A stretch of 63,733 nucleotides of DNA, filler included, from Octopus bimaculoides (lineage: Eukaryota), in NCBI RefSeq assembly GCF_001194135.2. It is 5 parts of 4 records of this genome, joined end to end, with 100 filler letters (N's around TTAATTAATTAA, not from the genome) between each part and the next. Parts side by side here need not be neighbours in the genome. Positions count along the whole stretch, not along the records: positions 54,003 to 63,733 come from NC_068994.1; 4 more parts are not named here. The stretch is one strand, 5' to 3'. Below the pieces are notes generated by a model. That model saw only the letters and a program-made list of their open reading frames with translations. It was not told the DNA's origin and made no database searches. The number at the start of each line of letters is the position of its first letter. Within the stretch, counting starts at the first letter, position 1. The translations under genes and the position numbers were made by a program. Of the stretch, positions 54,476 to 63,733 are shown in pieces.

Positions 54476-54600
54476 AGTAGAACCTCGCAGTACGAGTGCC
54501 CCATTGTACGAGTAATTTGCTGTACGAGCTGAGACTCGTGCGAATTTGTCTTGAATTACAAGCGGAAATCCGCAGTACAACCACGCAAATCGTCCCATCT
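54476..54600 (+). mobile_element. Tigger/pogo-like MITE left-end fragment
   Basis: CAGTAGAACCTCGCAGTACGAG...TGTACGAGTAATTTGCTGTACGAGC, a Tigger-style terminus with subterminal TACGAG repeats. Confidence 0.55.
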
Positions 54601-54639
54601 TTAAGGTGATTCAGTTAATAAAACCAGTTAATAAAACCA

Positions 54640-55015
54640 GGTCGACTTTGCGTTTCATCCTTTCGGGGTCGATAAATTAAGTACCAGTTGCGTATTGGGG
54701 TCGATCTAATCGACTGGCCCCCTCCCCCAAAATTTCGGCTCTTGTGCCAAAGAGTATAAAAAAAGTTATAGCACCCATTTTTAATAAAGAACCGGCAAAA
54801 GTAGTAGAAACCTTTACTATAGCACAACTTTTCTATGTTTCTCTCAGACGGTAGTGTTAGAAACACTGTTTTCTACTCTAGTCACAAGACCTGGAATTTA
54901 GGGGGAGGGGGGCCAGACGGTTAGATCGACCCCAGTACGTAACTGGTACTTAATTTATCGGCCCCGAAAGGATGAAAGGCAAAGTCGACCTCGGCGGAAT
55001 TTGAATTCGTAATGT
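54640..55015. mobile_element. Two SINE family A copies in tail-to-tail inverted orientation (+ 54640-54770; - 54869-55015)
   Basis: Both carry the GTCGAC...CATCCTTTCGGGG...TAAGTACCAGTT...GGGTCGATCTAA body, on opposite strands. Confidence 0.92.
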
Positions 55016-55263
55016 TTGAAACAGCAACAACTCAATTACCATCGTGGAGGACGCACGATAATTCGCAGTTCTTTATTTTGTTTTCTTTTTCTTTTCAATG
55101 ATTTTAGTTGTAAGTTGCGGCCATGCCTGAGCATTTCCTTAATTTCAATTTTGCTGTCGCTATGTGGCTGAAGGTTGGTCTATGATTGAGTTTATAGCAG
55201 CTGATCTTCCCTGGGTGTTTCGTTAAATGGTTGGCTGGTTCGATGTCATCGTTACGACTTTAT

Positions 55264-55298
<35 letters not shown>

Positions 55299-55859
55299 AT
55301 GTTTCAGTCGAAGTCCCTTTTATATTTCTCATTTCTTTAGCAAGACAGTTGGACAGTTGAAAACCTCTAAGTGCGTCTTCCTTACCACAAAATCCGACAC
55401 TAAAGTACATCTGGGAGGTATTGTAAAGAAATTTTTATGCTTCCCGCTTTCGGCCAAGTAGAGAAAAGCAGGTAAGTAAGATTTACCTGTGACAAGCAGT
55501 CAAGGTAAAGAAGTCCCTTAAACAATGAGCGAACAGGTAAAAACGAAGAAAAAGACAAGAAAAAACAAGAAAAGAAGCCAGTTTTTGAATTCAATAGAAA
55601 CACATTTATCCTTATCTCATTTGTGAAGTGGTCATCTATTTAAGTACCTGTCCATTTAGAGCTACTTATCCCGGGCGTGGCAGTGGACAGCGAGTAGTGA
55701 GAGGTCACGGTGTCAGGCAGCGCTCACGCAAACACATACAGACACACGCACCATTACATGTACACACACAAGTTTGATAATGCCACAAACAAAATCTTAA
55801 GTCTTTGCTTGTATGTGCGTGTGTGTGTGTGTGTGTGTATTGAGTTCGTATATGTGTAC

Positions 55860-56110
55860 GAGGACCGCTCATCATTTTTGTTTTTTTGTCTTTTGCTTGT
55901 TTCAGTCATTAGATCGCGGCCATGCTGGAGCACTGCATTGAAGACTTATAGCCGTACGCATCGACCTCAGTACTTTATATATGTATATATATAAAAAAAA
56001 GTCTGGTACTTATTCTATCGCTAACTTTTACCGAGCCGTCAGGTTATAGGGGCGTAAACACACCAACACCGGTTGTCAAGTGGTGATGGGTGGGGGACAA
56101 ACACAAAGAC
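55860..56110 (-). mobile_element. SINE family B 3' part
   Basis: GTTTCAGTCATT...GCGGCCATGCTGGAGCAC...CACCAACACCGGTTGTCAAG. Confidence 0.82.
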
Positions 56111-56156
56111 ACACGTGTATGTGCGTGTGTGTGTATTGTCTCTCTCTCTCTCTCTC

Positions 56157-56224
<68 letters not shown>

Positions 56225-56227
<3 letters not shown>

Positions 56228-56272
56228 AGGCGCAATGGCCCAGTGGTTAGGACAGCGGACTCGCGGTCGGAG
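56225..56272 (+). mobile_element. SINE family C head only (tRNA-like A box)
   Basis: TGGAGGCGCAATGGCCCAGTGGTTAGG matches rc of 23900-23950. Confidence 0.75.
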
Positions 56273-56541
56273 CATCAATATTTATTTTTGCTTGCAATAG
56301 CCGGTTCTTTTGGTCAAACTATCGTATCTCCAGCTGCTTTGGATGCCAAGATATCAAAAATTGTCAAAGTGTAGTAGAACGGTTTTGCTATGGAATGGTG
56401 AAACTATTTGTTTGTTTTCTGAAAAAGCAATGTTATGGACTTACGACACTTTTGCATAATAACAACGATATATATATATATATGTATATATATTGTGTGT
56501 TTGTGTATGATTATTGCATTTATGATATATATTTTGTATGC

Positions 56542-56633
<92 letters not shown>

Positions 56634-56689
56634 GCATATATATCCTGGTGTACACAGATATAAGGATATTGTCATAAATATGGTAACAT

Positions 56690-57020
56690 GTCATTCCAAA
56701 TTCCAGGGCCTGTGCGTTGAAGGGCTTGGAAATTGATGGGGTAAAATTCGACATTTATCGAACAGAGTGAATTTACATCCATTTATGTCAGCAAGGGTTC
56801 TAAACTAGTTAACAATCTCTCTGGTGCAATTCAATTGTCGCAATCCAGTGACATTTGCAATTTTATCATTATGCAATTCAATATATGTTGGCTGATTTTC
56901 TCAAGCTCACTCGTCGCCTGCAGTCGGGATTTGTGTCAAAGTTCCCTTGTGCTCTTTAAGCGTAACGTATGCTTCGCTTTCGATTCGTGGCTAAGGTTAT
57001 CGCTATTATATGTGTTCGTG
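56690..57020 (-). mobile_element. Penelope-like element RT N-terminal fragment, decayed
   Basis: EAYVTLKEHKG/NFDTNPDCR...TGLRQ...EIVN*FRTL...KFTLFD/VEFYP across frameshifts; fits the PLE pattern A..TLKDHK.NF..P.CRL...WF...KF..FDI..FYPSI. Confidence 0.7.
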
Positions 57021-57289
57021 CTATCTCTCCTGTAATTTTGTAAGCTACTTTTCATTAAGAGCTTAGTGCATGCGTCCTTATCTAACACATTCAGAGATTT
57101 TTCTTCTTTTTTTTCTTTTTTTTGTCTGAAGAATCGTAGCTTCTTGTTAGAATTGTTAATGCTCGGTCGAGATGGCAGGCTTCAATTTACGCTGTAAAAT
57201 AACACTGTATATTTAAAATCATATCAAGCTAGTTGTTTAAAGAATTTCTTGGAAATAATCAGCACACACACACACACACACACACGCAT

Positions 57290-57670
57290 TGCCTTTTGCT
57301 TGTTTCCGTCATTGGACGGCAGCCATTCTAGGCATCATCTTCGCGTATTTTAGTCGAATAAATCTACCGCAGTACTTATGGCGTGTTTTTCTTAAAGTCT
57401 GTCACTAATTCTGTCGATCTTTCTGTCGAACGACTACGTTACAGCGAGGTAAACAAACCAGCACCGGTTGTCAAGTAGTGGGGGTAGAGGAAAACACAGA
57501 CACGTATGTATACATGGATACGATTGCTTCCACACAGTTTCCGTCGACCAAATTCACTCACAAGACATTGGTTGATCCGGGGCTGTCGTAGGACAGTTGC
57601 CCAAAGTGCTGCGCAGTGGGACTGAACCAGAAACGACACGATTGGGAAGGAAGCTTCTGAATCATACTGC
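57290..57670 (-). mobile_element. SINE family B, near full length, decayed
   Basis: Head rc at 57600-57670 (GGCATGGCAGTATG...AAGCTTCC...CAGTCCCACTGCGCAGCACTTTGGGCAA). Confidence 0.82.
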
Positions 57671-57932
57671 CATGCCTACATACACACACACACAAACATA
57701 CACACACACACACACAGAATGACGCACGCTCGCACGCATACACCCAAACACGCGCACACACATAGACACACACACACACACACACACACGTTCGCGCACA
57801 CACAGACGCGCGCGCTCACACACACACAGACACACGTGCAAGCACACACACACGCACAAATATACTCACACGCACCCACACACACGCACACACACGCACA
57901 CATATGCACAAACAAACATACCTACGTGCACG

Positions 57933-57996
<64 letters not shown>

Positions 57997-58319
57997 AGAC
58001 AAATGTCAATGTTTTATTTTTAAAATGAAATATAATCAGAGAAAATTAAAAACGAAAATCAAAGAAAAACACTAAAAGAAAACGCCAAAAAAGAAAACAA
58101 AAAAAAAGAAATATCCTCTATTGATTGTGAGGTTGACTTAGTTAAATATATTTTATTATATTCTTTTTGATCTTTTTAATTTGAAGAAAACTTATCGGAA
58201 AATTAAACAAATAATCCATTGATCATCAAACGATGGTTGATCAAAGTATATATATATATTTGAATGTGAGTATGTATATCGAGAATATTGATTTCTTGTA
58301 TTTGGCACAAGGTGGACGG

Positions 58320-58440
58320 ACGCAGGCAAAGATGAGTGGTTAAGAAACTCTCGCCGTGGCCTCATGGCGTATGCCTCCATCCTCATGAGTAACACCTTGG
58401 CAGATATCTTCTTCCAGTTAACCAAAACCATAAGTGGCAT
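58320..58440 (+). mobile_element. SINE family B head, strongly decayed
   Basis: CGCAGGCAAAGATGAGTGGTTAAGAAACT...CACCTTGGCAGATATCTTCT. Confidence 0.55.
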
Positions 58441-58869
58441 TTAGTAGACAGGACCCATATGTATGTATATATAAAGTCTGTCATACCGGCCATGATGAAA
58501 TACCACAAGGTATAGAAAATACGTATTCGCCTTTATATATTTAATCCTTTATATTGAACACTCAATATTTCATCTATTCAATAAGACATATTCCATATAT
58601 TCAATAAGACATTCAATACTTTATTTCATTGTACCATCCATTTTTATATTATATATTGTATATTCCATATTCTATACCCCACATTGATTNNNNNNNNNNN
58701 NNNNNNNNNNNNNNNNNNNNNNNNNNNNNNNNNNNNNNNNNNNNNNNNNNNNNNNNNNNNNNNNNNNNNNNNNNNNNNNNNNNNNNNNNNNNNNNNNNNN
58801 NNNNNNNNNNNNNNNNNNNNNNNNNNNNNNNNNNNNNNNNNNNNNNNNNNNNNNNNNNNNNNNNNNNNN

Positions 58870-59035
58870 TTTTTTTCTTTTATTCTTTTACTGGTTTCAG
58901 TCATTTGGCTCCGACCATGCTGGAGCACTGCCTTTAGTCGAGCAAATCGAACCCAGGACTTATTCTTTGTAAGTCTAGCACTTATTCTATCGGCCTTCCT
59001 TGCCGCACCGATAAGTTACAGGGACGTAAACACCA
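58870..59035 (-). mobile_element. SINE family B 3' part
   Basis: TTTCAGTCATTTGGCTCCGACCATGCTGGAGCACTGCCTTTAGTCGAGCAAATCG. Confidence 0.85.
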
Positions 59036-59764
59036 ATGGAAGATCTGGAGGGATAGAGAGAAGTAGTCAGCTTGGCCTTGGCAATCAGCCAGATTGGATG
59101 ATGCTTCGATTAAAAGAAAAAGACGCCCAAAACTCTCTTAGATTACACGGCACCGTTTAACCTTTTTGCCAACACAAAGCATTTCCATAAATTTATCCTA
59201 ATCTTCCATATTCGTTTTCGGATCTTTGTAAGCCGTTTTTTTTTTTAATATGTCCTAAGTAATATAAAGATTTCCTTCCCTAAGTGTCAAGTTACTCGGG
59301 TGGTTGAAAAAAAAATGCGAATGTGTATCATAAATGAAGCATAGACACCATGGTAATATGTCTTGTTTATTACATGACATAGACAAGGCAAGTGAAGAGT
59401 TAAGTAGTTCTGTTGGACGAGGCAATTTTAGTGTGGCCTTGGTGAATTGTATGATACAAAATGTGTCTTTAGAGTGAGCAGATCTGTGACATTAATTCTT
59501 TATCTGTCCAAAGCATTTTCATAAATTTGTCTTAATCGTCCAAGCTCGTTTTCAGACTTGTAGATAACCATTTTTTCTCTGGTTCTAAGTAATACAAAGT
59601 CTTCCTTCATAATTCCCTAGCAGAAAAATTATGGTGTCACGCAATATATATAAAAAAAAAATACACGAGAGTAATTCGTGATGGTCTAGCCTGGAACGCT
59701 TCTGTTAATACGCTCTCTCAAACATGGCTGACTTTTGGGTGGATGAAAACGAACGAGAATATGT

Positions 59765-59975
59765 ATCTTGTATTCTTTTATTTGTTTCAGTGATTTGACT
59801 GCGGCCATGCTGGAGCACCGCCTTTAGTCGAGCAAATCGACCCCATGACTTATTCTTTGTAAGCCTAGTACTTATTCTATCGGTTACTTATGCTGAACCG
59901 CTAAATTATGGGGATGTAAACACACCAATACCAGTTGTCAAGCGATGGTGGGGTGGGGGGGCAAACACAGACACA
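59765..59975 (-). mobile_element. SINE family B 3' part
   Basis: TTTCAGTGATTTGACTGCGGCCATGCTGGAGCACCGCCTTTAGTCGAGCAAATCG. Confidence 0.88.
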
Positions 59976-60065
59976 CAAAGATATATACACACAGACATAT
60001 ACATACACATATATATATGTATAATATATATATATGTATAATATATATATGTGTTCATATATATA

Positions 60066-60106
<41 letters not shown>

Positions 60107-60154
60107 TCAGAAGAGTGGTATGTATGAATAGCAGCTAGCAACAATAACAAGAAC

Positions 60155-60220
60155 AATAACTACTACTACTACTACCACCACCGCTACAATTACTACCACT
60201 ACAATCACTACTACCACCAT

Positions 60221-60259
<39 letters not shown>

Positions 60260-60460
60260 CACTACTACTACTACTACTACTACAACCACTACTACAACCA
60301 CCAACACGACGACCACCACCACTAATACGACTACTACAACAACCACAACCACTACCACTACTACTACTACAACCACTACAACCACCACCACTACAACCAT
60401 CACCACCACTGCTACTACTACTATTACTACTACTACTACTACTACGACTACTACTACAGC
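60155..60460. repeat. Degenerate (ACT/ACC/ACA)n trinucleotide tract
   Basis: Direct reading; source of the poly-Val pseudo-ORF. Confidence 0.95.
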
Positions 60461-60520
60461 ATGTACAACTACACTAGCAACAACATTCGCAAGCTATGGA
60501 GGACCGAGTCACTTTATAAT

Positions 60521-60555
<35 letters not shown>

Positions 60556-60784
60556 NNNNNNNNNNNNNNNNNNNNNNNNNNNNNNNNNNNNNNNNNNNNN
60601 NNNNNNNNNNNNNNNNNNNNNNNNNNNNNNNNNNNNNNNNNNNNNNNNNNNNNNNNNNNNNNNNNNNNNNNNNNNNNNNNNNNNNNNNNNNNNNNNNNNN
60701 NNNNNNNNNNNNNNNNNNNNNNNNNNNNNNNNNNNNNNNNNNNNNNNNNNNNNNNNNNNNNNNNNNNNNNNNNNNGGGGGGGGG

Positions 60785-61205
60785 GGTGCACAGGCATGGC
60801 TGTGTGGTAAGAAGCTTGCTTACCAACCACATGATTCTGGTTTCAGTCCCACTGCGTGCCTCCCTTAGCAATTATCTTCTACTATAGCCTCTGGCTGACC
60901 GAAGCCTTGTGAGTGAATTTGGTAGACGGAAACTGAAAGAAGCCTGAAGTATCCATATTTATGTTTGTGTGTGTGTGTGTCTTTGTGCCTGTGCTTGTCC
61001 TCCACCACGGCTTGACAGTCGGTGTTGGTGTGTTTATGTCCCCGTAACCTAGCGGTTCGGACTTCTTTTAGTTTCCATCTACTAAATCCACTCACAAGGC
61101 TTTGGTCAGCCCGAGGCTATAGTAGAAGACACTTGCCCAAGGTACCACTCAGTGGGACTGAACCCGGAACCATGTGTTTGAGAAGCAATCTTACCACACG
61201 GCCAT
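60785..61205. mobile_element. SINE family B (+, 60785-61050) with an inverted family B head (-, 61060-61205)
   Basis: 60785-60940 is complementary to 61060-61205. Confidence 0.9.
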
Positions 61206-62241
61206 TCCATCTTCATCATTGAATGTGAATATAAATATGTGTGTGTGTGTGTGTGTNNNNNNNNNNNNNNNNNNNNNNNNNNNNNNNNNNNNNNNNNNNN
61301 NNNNNNNNNNNNNNNNNNNNNNNNNNNNNNNNNNNNNNNNNNNNNNNNNNNNNNNNNNNNNNNNNNNNNNNNNNNNNNNNNNNNNNNNNNNNNNNNNNNN
61401 NNNNNNNNNNNNNNNNNNNNNNNNNNNNNNNNNNNNNNNNNNNNNNNNNNNNNNNNNNNNNNNNNNNNNNNNNNNNNNNNNNNNNNNNNNNNNNNNNNNN
61501 NNNNNNNNNNNNNNNNNNNNNNNNNNNNNNNNNNNNNNNNNNNNNNNNNNNNNNNNNNNNNNNNNNNNNNNNNNNNNNNNNNNNNNNNNNNNNNNNNNNN
61601 NNNNNNNNNNNNNNNNNNNNNNNNNNNNNNNNNNNNNNNNNNNNNNNNNNNNNNNNNNNNNNNNNNNNNNNNNNNNNNNNNNNNNNNNNNNNNNNNNNNN
61701 NNNNNNNNNNNNNNNNNNNNNNNNNNNNNNNNNNNNNNNNNNNNNNNNNNNNNNNNNNNNNNNNNNNNNNNNNNNNNNNNNNNNNNNNNNNNNNNNNNNN
61801 NNNNNNNNNNNNNNNNNNNNNNNNNNNNNNNNNNNNNNNNNNNNNNNNNNNNNNNNNNNNNNNNNNNNNNNNNNNNNNNNNNNNNNNNNNNNNNNNNNNN
61901 NNNNNNNNNNNNNNNNNNNNNNNNNNNNNNNNNNNNNNNNNNNNNNNNNNNNNNNNNNNNNNNNNNNNNNNNNNNNNNNNNNNNNNNNNNNNNNNNNNNN
62001 NNNNNNNNNNNNNNNNNNNNNNNNNNNNNNNNNNNNNNNNNNNNNNNNNNNNNNNNNNNNNNNNNNNNNNNNNNNNNNNNNNNNNNNNNNNNNNNNNNNN
62101 NNNNNNNNNNNNNNNNNNNNNNNNNNNNNNNNNNNNNNNNNNNNNNNNNNNNNNNNNNNNNNNNNNNNNNNNNNNNNNNNNNNNNNNNNNNNNNNNNNNN
62201 NNNNNNNNNNNNNNNNNNNNNNNNNNNNNNNNNNNNNNNNN

Positions 62242-62400
62242 GTCAGCCTTGTCACACTGTGTCACGCTGAATATCCCCGAGAACTACGTTAAGGGTACAC
62301 GTGTCTGTGGAGTGCTCAGCCACTTGCACGTTAATTTCACGAGCAGGCTGTTCCGTTGATCGGATCAATTGGAACTCTCGTCGTTGTAACCGACGGAGTA
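62242..62400 (+). mobile_element. SINE family C 3' body
   Basis: Reverse complement aligns to 23575-23730. Confidence 0.85.
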
Positions 62401-62402
62401 TC

Positions 62403-62457
<55 letters not shown>

Positions 62458-63013
62458 AATGTACATAACTCCTTTCTCTATCCCTCCCTCCCTCTTTCTT
62501 TCTTTATGTGTACTTCTTCCTGTCCGTCCTATTCTTTCTCTTCCCAACTACCCCTCCTCCCACCCCTCGATAGCAATAAATCAACAAGCAGACGAGTAAT
62601 GGCGGTGACGGGGACGGTAGTGGCAGTGGTGGTTTGAAGTAAGGGGGAAAGAATTCATACTTAACTGGTCTCCTTATTTTAAAAATACCGTTTAAGACTA
62701 ACAATGAATTGATAGCAACACGTATTAACCAGTGTTACAGTATACGATAACATCTGCTTATCCACCTGGGCGTGTAATACTAATAAAAAAAAACAACAAC
62801 AAAAAAAAACAGCAGCAGCATCGACTACAAAATACAATATTAATAATAATAATTCTACAACGATTGATGATGATGATGGTGATGATGTTTCTTACTTTAT
62901 TGTTATGAGGGCAACTATGGAGCGGCCTACAATTACAAAACAGCGTGAGTTTATAAGAGTATAAACTGCTACACCGTCTAAACAAGGGTAAATACACACT
63001 CACACACACAAAC

Positions 63014-63099
<86 letters not shown>

Positions 63100-63129
63100 A
63101 CATGCAACATATACACGCATTCACGACTG

Positions 63130-63275
63130 GCTTTTTTTCAGTTTTGTCTACTAAATTCCCTCACAAGGTCTTCGGTCCGCTCGGAGCTATAATAGAAGGC
63201 TCTCACCCAAAGGTAGCTCGCAGAGGAACTGAACCCAAGACCACATGTTTGGGAAGCAAGCTTCTTAGCCACACT
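63130..63275 (-). mobile_element. SINE family B head
   Basis: ACTGAACCCAAGACCACATGTTTGGGAAGCAAGCTTCTTAGCCACAC. Confidence 0.82.
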
Positions 63276-63733
63276 GCTACGCTAGACATGTTTAACGTAT
63301 TACATACAGACGCAAACACACTCATTTTTACACACACACATACACATGTACATTTATTCATGCATACAAATACACACATACATACATACATACATACTTG
63401 CATAATTTATAATATATAATTTATATTTTTATATAAATTCTGCATACACTAACAGATTTTCACATGTATATCCAATAAAAGCAGGAATCCTGCTGCATGA
63501 TGCCATATGGTAGCCGGTAAACTTATAGGGGCTTTGAACTGCATGATATGAGGTCATTACCCACATGATATTACACACACACACATACACACACACATGT
63601 GTAATTAAAGTAAGCGATCTGACGATTGTCCCTAAGAAAGAAACTTTTTGTAACCATGAAAGAAAACCTGCCGGTTTTATTCCCTTACATACAAGCAAAT
63701 TGCTCTACAACTTTGTATTGGTTGATATATATA

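Noticed and set aside
56301-56397. Cys-rich plus-strand exon candidate [32 protein letters not shown]
   Set aside because: The opposite strand reads DNF*YLGIQ...AIASK, resembling a decayed LINE RT C-terminus; the donor is weak. More likely an antisense artefact.

Overview
AT-rich, microsatellite-dense, gap-riddled eukaryotic draft sequence. The SINE families and repeat load point to an octopus (coleoid cephalopod); this is an inference from recalled repeat families. Most of the window is intronic or intergenic and made of decayed mobile elements: a minus-strand cluster of R4/Dong-clade LINEs (8.3-13.75 kb) plus a 3' Dong fragment inside (TAA)n (41.9-42.3 kb), RTE, CR1, L1/Tx1 and Penelope-like fragments, Tigger/pogo, Tc1, mariner and maT (DD37D) remnants, and about 20 SINE copies. 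Nearly all ORFs in the supplied track are microsatellite or N-gap artefacts. One real host gene is supported: two phase-compatible plus-strand exons (48907-49033 and 50189-50285) splice into a 74-aa, 10-cysteine single von Willebrand factor type C (VWC/SVWC-like) peptide ending YPACCEERCKNN*. It is probably secreted; its signal-peptide exon was not found. Other notable items are a minimal type I hammerhead-ribozyme motif 170 bp upstream of that exon, a fold-back in the gene's 3' UTR, several long inverted repeats (possible dsRNA/ADAR substrates), a tRNA-Val(TAC) relic, and a few speculative orphan exons. Most TE boundaries are approximate (about +/-30 bp). All alignments and translations were done by eye.
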